Program-made: the position numbers and the translations under genes
NCBI GenBank assembly: GCA_037444825.1
Contig: JBBILR010000002.1
Coordinates: 27,984-91,983, forward strand
Origin: Acidobacteriota bacterium
Lineage (GTDB): Bacteria > Acidobacteriota > UBA4820 > DSQY01
Direction of reading: 5' to 3'
DNA length: 64,000 nucleotides
Notes under the pieces: generated by a model
Told to the model about the DNA's origin: nothing
The model's input: the letters and a program-made list of their open reading frames with translations, nothing else
Databases searched by the model: none
Shown: one piece after another, positions 53,910 to 64,000 of the stretch
How positions within the stretch are numbered: position 1 is the first letter of the stretch
Layout: the number at the start of each line of letters is the position of its first letter

Positions 53910-54839
53910 ATGCCTGTCAAGCCCACCGAATGGATCTGGATGAATGGGGAGTTCGTGCGGTGGGAGGAGGCGAAGATCCACGTCCTCTCCCACGTGATTC
54001 ACTACGGGAGCAGCGTCTTCGAGGGGATCCGGTGCTACGAAACGCCCAAGGGGCCCATGGTGCTCCGCCTCCAGGACCACATCAAGCGGTTGTACCACTC
54101 CGCCAAGGTCTACCGGATGGTGATCCCGTACTCCTTTGAGGACTACTGCGAGGTCTGCCTGGAGGTGATCCGCCGGAACAAGATGCAGCGGTGCTACATC
54201 CGGCCCGTGGTCTTCCGCGGGTACGGCGACGTGGGGGTCAACCCCCTCCCTTGCCCCGTGGAAACGGCGGTGGCCGTGTGGGACTGGGGGGCCTACCTGG
54301 GCCCCGAGGCCCTGGCCCGGGGGGTGGACGTCTGCGTCTCCTCCTGGAACCGGCCCTCCCCCAACTCGCTCCCGGCCATGGCCAAGTGCGCCGCCAACTA
54401 CATGAACGGCCAGCTGATCAAGATGGAGGCCATCATCGGCGGCTACGCCGAGGGCATCGCCCTGGACGTGAACGGGTACGTCTCGGAAGGTTCGGGGGAG
54501 AACATCTTCCTGGTCCGCAACGGAACCGTCTACACCCCCTCCCTGGGCCACTCGGTGCTCCCCGGCATCACCCGGGACGGCGTCCTCACCATCCTGACGA
54601 AGGAGCTCCGGATGGAGGTCCGCCACCAGGCGGTCCCCCGCGAAATGCTCTACCTCGCCGACGAGATCTTCTTCACCGGCACGGCGGCGGAGATCACCCC
54701 CATCGCCTCGGTGGACAAGATCCCCGTCGGGCAGGGGCGCCGGGGGCCGGTGACGGAGAAGGTCCAGAGCCGCTACCTTGAAATCGTCCAGGGGAAGGCG
54801 GAAGATATCTACGGCTGGCTGACTCCGGTTTACCGGTGA
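53910..54839 (+). CDS. ilvE: branched-chain amino acid aminotransferase
   Basis: 309 aa class-IV aminotransferase. [11 protein letters not shown]-lysine region and GTAAEITPI motifs. Confidence 0.93.
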   Translation: MPVKPTEWIWMNGEFVRWEEAKIHVLSHVIHYGSSVFEGIRCYETPKGPMVLRLQDHIKRLYHSAKVYRMVIPYSFEDYCEVCLEVIRRNKMQRCYIRPVVFRGYGDVGVNPLPCPVETAVAVWDWGAYLGPEALARGVDVCVSSWNRPSPNSLPAMAKCAANYMNGQLIKMEAIIGGYAEGIALDVNGYVSEGSGENIFLVRNGTVYTPSLGHSVLPGITRDGVLTILTKELRMEVRHQAVPREMLYLADEIFFTGTAAEITPIASVDKIPVGQGRRGPVTEKVQSRYLEIVQGKAEDIYGWLTPVYR

Positions 54840-54877
54840 GGCCCCCCGCCCGCGGGGGCGGGGGCCATCGCCTTTTT
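54840..54877 (+). terminator. intrinsic terminator after ilvE
   Basis: GC-rich hairpin GGCCCCCCGCC-cgcgggg-GGCGGGGGCC (one bulge) immediately after the stop, then CCTTTTTCG (T-run 54873-54877). Confidence 0.5.
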
Positions 54878-54920
54878 CGAGGAGACCGGCGCCTGAAGGC
54901 CGGCGGCGGAGGAGTGCGCG

Positions 54921-56075
54921 ATGCACATCAACGACTTCCTCAAGATGGCCATCGAACACGGGGCCAGCGACCTGCACCTGAAGGTCGGCTCCCACCCTGT
55001 CATCCGCGTCCACGGCCACCTGACCCCCATGGCCGACCAGAAGCGCCTCATGCAGGAAGACACCATCGCCATGGCCTTCTCCATCATGGACGCCAAGCAG
55101 AAGGAGAAGTTCAAGGCCAACCTGGAGCTGGACATCGCCTACTCCGTGCCGGGGCTGGGCCGCTTCCGGGTGAACATCTTCCAGCAACGAGGCACGGTGG
55201 GGATCGTCTGCCGCGTCATCCCCATCGGCATCAAGACCATCCGGGAGCTCATGCTGCCTCCCATCCTGGAGAAGATCGCCGCCGAGCAGCGGGGCCTGGT
55301 CCTCTGCACGGGAACCACCGGGTCGGGGAAGTCCACCACCCTGGCCGCCATGATCGACCAGATCAACGCCACGAGGACCGAGCACATCATCACCGTGGAG
55401 GACCCCATCGAGTTCCTGCACCGGGACAAGAAGTCCATCGTGAACCAGCGGGAGGTGGGGGTGGACACCCGCTCCTTCGCCTCCGCCCTGCGGGCCGCCC
55501 TCCGCGAGGACCCCGACGTGATCCTCGTGGGCGAAATGCGGGACTACGAGACCATCGAGACGGCCATCCTGGCGGCGGAGACGGGCCACCTGGTCTTCTC
55601 CACCCTCCACACCCTGGACGCCACGGAGACGGTGAACCGCATCATCTCCGTCTTCCCCCCTCACCAGCAGAAGCAGATCCGCCTCCAGCTGGCCGCCATC
55701 CTTCGGGCGGTCATCTCCCTCCGACTGCTGCCCAAGGCCGACGGGAAGGGGCGGGTGCCCGCCGCCGAGGTCATGATCTGCACCTCCACCATCCGGGACT
55801 GCATCGAGAACAAGGAGAAGACGAAGCTGATCCGGGACTACATCGAGCAGGGCTACAGCCAGTACGGGATGCAGACCTTCGACCAGTCCCTCTTCTTCCT
55901 GTACAAGCAGGGGCTCATCACGCTGGAGGAGGCCCTCCGCCGGGCCACCAACCCCGACGAGTTCCGGCTCAAGATCCAGGGGATCCAGTCCACCTCCGAC
56001 ATCGCCAAGGAGCAGATGGAAGGGGTTCAGGCCCCCGGGGCCGCGGACCTTCCCTCGGCCTTCACCAAATTCTGA
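54921..56075 (+). CDS. pilT: type IV pilus retraction (twitching motility) ATPase
   Basis: 384 aa. Walker A GTTGSGKST, Asp box, Walker B and His box; PilT-specific AIRNLIRE-like helix (TIRDCIENKEKT). Confidence 0.95.
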   Translation: MHINDFLKMAIEHGASDLHLKVGSHPVIRVHGHLTPMADQKRLMQEDTIAMAFSIMDAKQKEKFKANLELDIAYSVPGLGRFRVNIFQQRGTVGIVCRVIPIGIKTIRELMLPPILEKIAAEQRGLVLCTGTTGSGKSTTLAAMIDQINATRTEHIITVEDPIEFLHRDKKSIVNQREVGVDTRSFASALRAALREDPDVILVGEMRDYETIETAILAAETGHLVFSTLHTLDATETVNRIISVFPPHQQKQIRLQLAAILRAVISLRLLPKADGKGRVPAAEVMICTSTIRDCIENKEKTKLIRDYIEQGYSQYGMQTFDQSLFFLYKQGLITLEEALRRATNPDEFRLKIQGIQSTSDIAKEQMEGVQAPGAADLPSAFTKF

Positions 56076-56539
56076 TGGCGAGTGGTGGAAGACGGAGCGA
56101 AGGGGCGGAGGGGACGGCCCTCCGCCTCCTGGCCCTTCGTGAGCACTCCCGGTTCGAGCTCCATCGCAAGCTCCTCGCCAAGGGGTTTTCCGAGAGGGAG
56201 GCCGAGGCGGCCCTGGACCGCCTTTCGGCGAGGGGGGACCTCGACGAGGACCGCTTCGTGGAGGCCCTCACCCGCTCGGAGCTGGGGCGGGGCCGGGGCC
56301 TTCTCTCCGTCCGGGCCAAGCTGAAGAGGGCCGGCCTGCCCGAAAAACAACCGGCGGCGGGGAGGGAGGAGGAGCGGAGGGCCCTCCTGCGGTTGCTCGA
56401 AGGCCGGGGGCTCGACCCCCGCGCGTTGACAGACGGGCAGGAAAGGGCCAGAATCTGGCGTTTCCTGAGGGGGCGCGGCTTCACCCCGTCGCTCCTGGTG
56501 GAGGTGTTGGGCTCCGGCGGCGCGGAGGAGGCCCCTTGA
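56075..56539 (+). CDS. recX: RecA regulator RecX
   Basis: 154 aa with three RecX helical repeats (ALRLLALREHSRFELHRKLLAKGF..., LDRLSARGDLDEDRFVEAL..., ERARIWRFLRGRGF). ATG overlaps the pilT stop (TGATG). Confidence 0.78.
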   Translation: MASGGRRSEGAEGTALRLLALREHSRFELHRKLLAKGFSEREAEAALDRLSARGDLDEDRFVEALTRSELGRGRGLLSVRAKLKRAGLPEKQPAAGREEERRALLRLLEGRGLDPRALTDGQERARIWRFLRGRGFTPSLLVEVLGSGGAEEAP

Positions 56540-56585
56540 CGCGCGATCCGGCGGGGACGGGCACGGCAAAGACCTCGAGGCCAAG

Positions 56586-59249
<2,664 letters not shown>

Positions 59250-59274
59250 ACAGCACCCGTGCCCCGAGGCCTCC

Positions 59275-59940
59275 TCAGGCCTTCACCGCGGTGAAGGTGA
59301 CCACCGTCGTGTAGGTTCCCTCGTGAAAGCGGGCCGAGGCGGCGTCGGGGATCAGGAGGTCGAAGGCCAGCGCCAGGCGCCTCCACCCCTCCCCACGGGC
59401 GGGCAGGGAGAGAAGCGTCTCCGGGGCGCTCGCCAGCGGGCGCGCCGGGGCGGAGAGCCGGGCCTGGGCCTCCCCCGCCTGGGCCAGGACACGGATGGCG
59501 GAAGTCGGAAAGCCGGGGCCCGGCCCGGAGCCGGTCCAGGCGGGTTCCACCGAGGCCTTGACCTCCAGCGTCCCGGAGGCGGCGTTGGAGAAGAGGTAGA
59601 GGGGGCTTTCCCCCGGCTCCGCCGCAAGCCCCCGGGCCTCCAGGGTGGGGGTCTTCACCGCCGTCGGCGTGAAGCGGACGGGGCCCGAACAGCCGGGCGG
59701 AGGGGGAAAGACGTTGTCGGGGCAGGGCTGGCCCGGGCGGACCGTCTCGCCGGTCCTCACGTAGGCCGCGAGGTCGAAGACCACTTCGTCGGGGACCTCC
59801 AGGGCCACCACGCCGGGGATGGTCACCGTGATCCGCACCGAGCCCTGGGTGTGCTGGGCTCCGGTCCGGAGGTCGGCTTGGGCGAAGGCGGCCGCCGTGG
59901 TGAACCCCAGGGTGAGAGCCAGAAGGATCTTGGTTTTCAT
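59275..59940 (-). CDS. hypothetical small secreted protein (221 aa) under a sigma-54 promoter
   Basis: Signal peptide MKTKILLALTLGFTTAAAFAQA. AAGGAGG RBS 7 nt before the ATG. Beta-rich, Thr/Val/Pro composition. Confidence 0.6.
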   Translation of the reverse strand: MKTKILLALTLGFTTAAAFAQADLRTGAQHTQGSVRITVTIPGVVALEVPDEVVFDLAAYVRTGETVRPGQPCPDNVFPPPPGCSGPVRFTPTAVKTPTLEARGLAAEPGESPLYLFSNAASGTLEVKASVEPAWTGSGPGPGFPTSAIRVLAQAGEAQARLSAPARPLASAPETLLSLPARGEGWRRLALAFDLLIPDAASARFHEGTYTTVVTFTAVKA

Positions 59941-59970
59941 GGTCGCCTCCTTTGCGTCCCACCCGCGAAC

Positions 59971-59986
59971 AGCAAGGGGGATACCA
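59971..59986 (-). promoter_or_regulatory. sigma-54 (RpoN) -24/-12 promoter TGGTAT-N5-TTGCT
   Basis: Minus strand reads cTGGTATcccccTTGCTg, with exact consensus spacing (GG-N10-GC) ~40 nt upstream of the ATG at 59940. Preceded by a 40-nt AT-rich patch (59996-60035; in a 70%-GC genome) suitable for IHF bending, and by an imperfect palindrome GGGGTCTCGATTCTGAGAACCCC (60079-60101). Confidence 0.55.
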
Positions 59987-60101
59987 GGAGGCGTGCTTTT
60001 TGAATAGATATGAAAAATAAAGCAGAATTACCATCGTTCCCCGCCCGGTCCTCTCAGTCCTGAGAAAAGGGGGGCGAGGGGTTCTCAGAATCGAGACCCC
60101 A

Positions 60102-61907
60102 TCAGGGGGCGCAGACCCCCGGCGGGAGGGGGTTGCCGGCGCCGTCCCGTCCGGCCACGGTGAAGGACCCTCCGCCCAGGTCCGCCGCCAGGAGGAAGTA
60201 GGCGTCGTCGGGGAGGTCGGGGAGGAGCGCCTCCAGCCGCCCCGAGCCGTCGTCGGAAACCTCCAGGGCGCACAGGCCGTGGCCCGCCTCCGTGTGACTG
60301 GCGAAGTCCCCGAGCCTCCCCCAGAAGAGCGCGTAGGAGACGGCCCCGGGGGCTTTCTGGAAGGCGAGGCGGAAGCCGGGGGAGCCGCCCTTGGCGGCGG
60401 TCTTTTCGAGGGTGAAGGGGAAGAAGGCCTCGGCGCCGCTGACCTCCCGCTGGGCGCAGGGAAGGATCTCCACGGCCACCGGGTCCGACCTCCGCGGGCA
60501 GCCGTCCGGGCCCTCGGCGAGGGCGGTGTAAGTGCCGGGAAGCGCCGTGGCCAGCGCCGTGCCCGGGGCGACGGAAAGAGGCCTCCCGTTCACCTCCCAG
60601 GTGACGGGGGTGGTTCCGGGGGACTCCAGGAGAACCCCGTCGGGACAGGGGAGCGGGGTGGCGGAGAGGGCGGGCTTCGGGGCCAGGGAAAGGGAGAGGG
60701 CGGGAGAGGTGACGGAACAACCGGCCGCCGTGAGCGCCTCGTAGGCGTACGCGCCGCTCTCCTCGGGAACCAGGCGGCGGCCTGCGGCGCCCGGAAGAAT
60801 CTGGCCGTCCTTCCGCCAGGCGTAGGACAGGAAGCCGTCCGGGGCCTCGAGGACCACTCCGCACCCCTGCGGCAGGAGCGCCGGCTCCGGGGCTTCGGCC
60901 ATCCCCACCTCGTGGGCGGGGGAGAAAGCGGCACATCCGGCGCCGTTCTCCACCCGGACGGTGTAGGCCCCGCTCTGCGTCACCGCCAGGGATGGGGAGA
61001 CCGCCCCCGGAATGGGAAGACCGTCCCGGTACCACTGGAGGGAAGCGTAGGCGCCCCCCTCCGCGGAAAGAACCACGGGGGCGCCCGCGCAACCTTCCAC
61101 GGGCCCCGCGATGGAGGGCGGGAGGGGAGGCTCCTCCACCAGGACCTCGAAGTCGGGGGAGAGGCCGCGGCACCCGTCGGCGGTCCATACCTCCACGGCG
61201 TACCGTCCCGTGCGCCCGGCGAGGAGCTCCCTGCCCGAGGCCGCCTCCAGGGCGGATCCCGCGAAGAACCACCGGTAGGAGGCGTACCCCTCCGGCGCCG
61301 AAAGAAGAGTTCCCGGGGGGCAGGCGGAGGGGGCCCCAGAGAGGACCGGTTGGGGGGGGGTGCAGGGAAGGGCCTCCACGCGGACCTCGTCCACCTCCCA
61401 CCACCCGAAGGCGGTCCCCGCGGCGTCGAAGCGGAAGCGGATCCGGAGCCCCGGCCTCCCCACCCACGGGGTGAGGTCGAAGGCGGCGGTGCGCGGCCCC
61501 CGGGCCGCCTCCGCGCCGAATCGCTGAAGGAGATGCGGGAAGGTGGCGCCCCCGTCCTCCGAGAGGGCGATCTCCCCCCCGCCCGTGAAGCCCTCCTGGA
61601 TGAAGCGGTCCTCGGAGACCACCAGACGCGCCTCCCGGGCCCAGAAAGGGAGGTCGAAGGGGGGGCTCACGAGGTCGAGAATCCCCGCGCAAGAAGGCCG
61701 GGCCACGGCGGCGGCGCCCCCTCCGCCGGTGTAGTTGTTGAGTCCCATGGCCGGGGAACCCTCCCATCGCTCCAGACAGGAGGAGGGGGAAAGGCTCCAG
61801 CCGGGGGGAGGCCAGGCCTCGAAGGATTCGGACAGGACGGTCCCCTGGGCGAAGGCTCCCCAGGAAAGAAGCGCCGGGGCGAGGACAAGGAGAATGCGGC
61901 GCCTCAT
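60102..61907 (-). CDS. secreted protein with N-terminal lectin/MAM-like domain and four Ig-like repeats (601 aa)
   Basis: Real start MRRRILLVLAPALLSWGAFAQG at 61907 (ATGA overlap with the upstream gene). Four ~90-aa repeats of Y(R/A)W..dG..l.G.....l......GaYtv.v....GC.. are visible. The upstream half of the ORF-track entry (61908-63953) is the wrong frame of the neighbouring gene. Confidence 0.7.
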   Translation of the reverse strand: MRRRILLVLAPALLSWGAFAQGTVLSESFEAWPPPGWSLSPSSCLERWEGSPAMGLNNYTGGGGAAAVARPSCAGILDLVSPPFDLPFWAREARLVVSEDRFIQEGFTGGGEIALSEDGGATFPHLLQRFGAEAARGPRTAAFDLTPWVGRPGLRIRFRFDAAGTAFGWWEVDEVRVEALPCTPPQPVLSGAPSACPPGTLLSAPEGYASYRWFFAGSALEAASGRELLAGRTGRYAVEVWTADGCRGLSPDFEVLVEEPPLPPSIAGPVEGCAGAPVVLSAEGGAYASLQWYRDGLPIPGAVSPSLAVTQSGAYTVRVENGAGCAAFSPAHEVGMAEAPEPALLPQGCGVVLEAPDGFLSYAWRKDGQILPGAAGRRLVPEESGAYAYEALTAAGCSVTSPALSLSLAPKPALSATPLPCPDGVLLESPGTTPVTWEVNGRPLSVAPGTALATALPGTYTALAEGPDGCPRRSDPVAVEILPCAQREVSGAEAFFPFTLEKTAAKGGSPGFRLAFQKAPGAVSYALFWGRLGDFASHTEAGHGLCALEVSDDGSGRLEALLPDLPDDAYFLLAADLGGGSFTVAGRDGAGNPLPPGVCAP

Positions 61908-64000
61908 GGGCACACCTCCACGGCGCCGATTTCGGGGGCCGTTCCGCAGAAGGGCAGACCCACGTCGGTCCCCGCTTCCCGCAGGGGGCTCCCCGGCGCC
62001 GGCTGGTAGTAGGTCGAAAGGTCGGGGTTTACGGTCTGGACGTACTGCGGGGGGGCGGAGAGGCTGTGGGCCCCCGCCGCCACCGTCCCGTGGAAGGCGT
62101 AGTCGGAGACGTTGCCCCAGAGGTCCTCGTAGTCCGAGTCCACCCAGGCGGCGGTGGCGGGGGAGTCGGTTCCCCAGCCGATGCCGTTGGAGGTCACGGC
62201 GTTGTCGCGGGAGGCCACCGCCGCCGTGGCCCCGGCCACGTAGATCCCCAGGTAGGCGTTGGAATCGAAGGTGTTGCCGTAGATCTCCAGCGTTCCCGCG
62301 GGCTGTTCCACGTGGAGGCCCATGTAGTTCTGCACCGACAGCGTGTGGTCCACGCGCAGGTTCTGGGGGGAGAGGGCGAAGATCCCTTCGCTCCGGGGGA
62401 TGCGGCGCACCAGGGTCCCCGTCACCCGGTGGCCGGTCCCTCCGTTCAGAAAGACCCCGTAGAAGGCGTCGGCGTTGGCGGCGTCCACCCGGCAGGAGTC
62501 CACGGTGCAACTTTGGCCCCCGTCCACGAGGATGCCGTAGCCGAGGGCGGGGGGCGCCACCCGGCACCCCCGGACGGCCACGCCGTTCACCTGGGAGAGG
62601 GCCGGGCCCACCAGGCAGTTCGCGAACTCCAGGTTCCGGACCTCGACGTACCCCACCGTGGGGAAGCCCGTGGGGGTGCTCACCTCGAAACCCGTGTCCT
62701 GCGTGGGGTCGCTGCCGGCGATGAGGGGGAGGAGGCCCCCCGACGGGACGCCGGTGACGAGCGTGGGGCAACCCGAGGTTCCGTTCTGGGCGGAGGAGGT
62801 GACGGCCGAGCCGGCGGCGTACGGCGTGCCGCTGCGGCTGGCGCCCACCTCCACGTAGACGGCCCCCTGGCCCTGAAGGAGCTGCAGGGCCCTCCCGATG
62901 GTTTTCAGGGGCTGGTCCACCGTCCCCGGGTTGGCGTCGTTGCCGGTCTGGTTGTTCACGGTGAGGCCCTTCTCCACCCGCCATTCGAGAAAATCCAGCC
63001 GCAGGCGGTGCCAGGAGGTGGCCGGTGAGGTGGTGAAGCGCACCGTCATTCGCCCGAGGCCGTCGAGGTACGTGGAGACGAGGTTCCCCGGCACGGTGAG
63101 GGCGGCGGTGGCAAAGGAGGCCCCCGGCGTGAAGGTCCCCAGGGAGACCCAGGTGGAGGGGGGCTGCAGGGCCTCCACGGTGACCTGTTCGGACTGGGCG
63201 TGGCTGCCCACCCCGAAGACCCCCGTGAAGACCAGTTCCCGGATGCCGCCCACGTCCAGGGTAGGGGAACGGAAGGAGGCCTGGACGGTGTTCACCACCT
63301 GGACCGTGGCCTCCGTGAAGGAGCGGACGAGGGCGGTGGCGTCCCCGCGGGTTCTCCCCGAGAGGGCCATGCGGAAGGGGTGCAGGCTCTTGGCGTTGGC
63401 GCTGAGCGGCCCGGGGGAGGTGGCCGTGATGACGAAGGAGTTCGTGGGGGTGCTCTGGTTTCGGGCGAGAACCCGGCGGGTGGTGGCCGTCACCGAGCCG
63501 TCGGTGGTGGCCGTGGGCTGGACGATGGTGGGGGCGTTCCACCAGGCGTTGTTCCGGGCGACGCTCACGGCGCTCCACCCTCTGGGGATCGTCACGGTGA
63601 GGGTGCAGCCCGCGCGCATGTCGTCCTGGTTGTAGGGGTTGGAGTCGTCGGTGTGGCGGAGGCGAACCGAGAGGGAGACGGCCTGCCCCGCCGGGACGGC
63701 GGGGATGTAGGCCCGGGGGACGAGGGCGGCGCTCCCGGTGAGGTCGAAGCCCACCGCCACGTCGGCGGCCCACGCAGACCAGTTCACCAGGCGCTGGGTG
63801 GTGGAGGCGGCGTAGGAGCCGGAAAGGGTGGCGGCGGTGAAGGTGAGGGTGGCGTCGCTGGGCTGGGTGTAGGAGGAGGGGGCCGTTACCAACCGGACGA
63901 GGACCAGAAACTCCAAAGCCTCGTGGGGTGGCACCGTGAGGTTCCCCGTCCACCTCAGCGTCCGGGGGTCCACCACCGTGAAGGCCCCCGAGGCCGGGGC
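61904..64000 (-). CDS. C-terminal >699 aa of a large secreted parallel beta-helix (pectate-lyase-fold-like) protein; 5' end outside window
   Basis: In-frame to the window edge (no stop in 63977-64000). PbH1-like repeats (NLEFANCLVGPAL...VAVRGCRVA...GILVDGGQSCTVDSCRVDAAN...GVFLNGGTGHRVTGTLV). Thr/Ser/Asn-rich composition. Confidence 0.7.
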   Translation of the reverse strand, partial: APASGAFTVVDPRTLRWTGNLTVPPHEALEFLVLVRLVTAPSSYTQPSDATLTFTAATLSGSYAASTTQRLVNWSAWAADVAVGFDLTGSAALVPRAYIPAVPAGQAVSLSVRLRHTDDSNPYNQDDMRAGCTLTVTIPRGWSAVSVARNNAWWNAPTIVQPTATTDGSVTATTRRVLARNQSTPTNSFVITATSPGPLSANAKSLHPFRMALSGRTRGDATALVRSFTEATVQVVNTVQASFRSPTLDVGGIRELVFTGVFGVGSHAQSEQVTVEALQPPSTWVSLGTFTPGASFATAALTVPGNLVSTYLDGLGRMTVRFTTSPATSWHRLRLDFLEWRVEKGLTVNNQTGNDANPGTVDQPLKTIGRALQLLQGQGAVYVEVGASRSGTPYAAGSAVTSSAQNGTSGCPTLVTGVPSGGLLPLIAGSDPTQDTGFEVSTPTGFPTVGYVEVRNLEFANCLVGPALSQVNGVAVRGCRVAPPALGYGILVDGGQSCTVDSCRVDAANADAFYGVFLNGGTGHRVTGTLVRRIPRSEGIFALSPQNLRVDHTLSVQNYMGLHVEQPAGTLEIYGNTFDSNAYLGIYVAGATAAVASRDNAVTSNGIGWGTDSPATAAWVDSDYEDLWGNVSDYAFHGTVAAGAHSLSAPPQYVQTVNPDLSTYYQPAPGSPLREAGTDVGLPFCGTAPEIGAVEVCP

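Noticed and set aside
52116-55664. 1182-aa minus ORF over hemY-ilvE-pilT and 759-aa minus ORF (56481-58760) over alaS
   Set aside because: Antisense shadow ORFs with G/R/H/P bias.
61908-63953. Upstream 680 residues of the 1283-aa minus ORF 60102-63953
   Set aside because: Wrong frame of the beta-helix gene (61904-64000), R/G/H/P-rich. The real downstream gene starts at the internal ATG 61907 with a signal peptide.

Overview
The window is very high-GC (about 70%) bacterial chromosome. Coding density is high and GTG/TTG starts are frequent. The opposite strand of almost every real gene carries a long spurious ORF rich in Arg/Gly/Pro, which I have discounted. I can support 47 protein-coding genes and no rRNA, tRNA, CRISPR or IS element.

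The backbone is housekeeping: rimO-pgpA-ribF; coaD plus a class-I aminotransferase; a 3' Fe-S cluster (erpA, ygfZ); rdgB, murA, purM; a heme block hemE-hemN-hemH-hemY; and ilvE-pilT-recX-alaS.

Three accessory, envelope-focused regions stand out:
1. 3.3-21 kb: a 2454-aa secreted multidomain protein (4 tandem VWA modules, a 7-blade RCC1-like propeller, 5 PKD domains) lies divergent to a periplasmic alpha-2-macroglobulin with an intact thioester (GCAEQ). The usual A2M partner pbpC is present, but separated from it by an opposite-strand gene for a secreted TPR protein with two fused retropepsin-like aspartic protease domains.
2. 36.8-46 kb: two paralogous methyl-accepting chemotaxis proteins with an unusual multi-TM N-terminus flank purM and an ECF sigma factor. 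Next to them is a DUF4388-SPOR membrane protein plus a NYN/YacP-like protein.
3. 59.2-64 kb: two large secreted proteins (parallel beta-helix, then Ig-like repeats) are followed by a small secreted protein driven by a textbook sigma-54 -24/-12 promoter with an AT-rich upstream bend site.

Other features include a deoxyhypusine-synthase-like and a saccharopine-dehydrogenase-like gene, two SPOR-domain proteins, an ABC-2 exporter, several well-formed sigma-70 promoters and intrinsic terminators, a twin-hairpin repeat, and a 95-nt polypurine G-run tract. The lineage guess (type IV pili, DUF4388, many secreted TPR/SPOR proteins: deltaproteobacterial/myxobacterial-like) is inference only.
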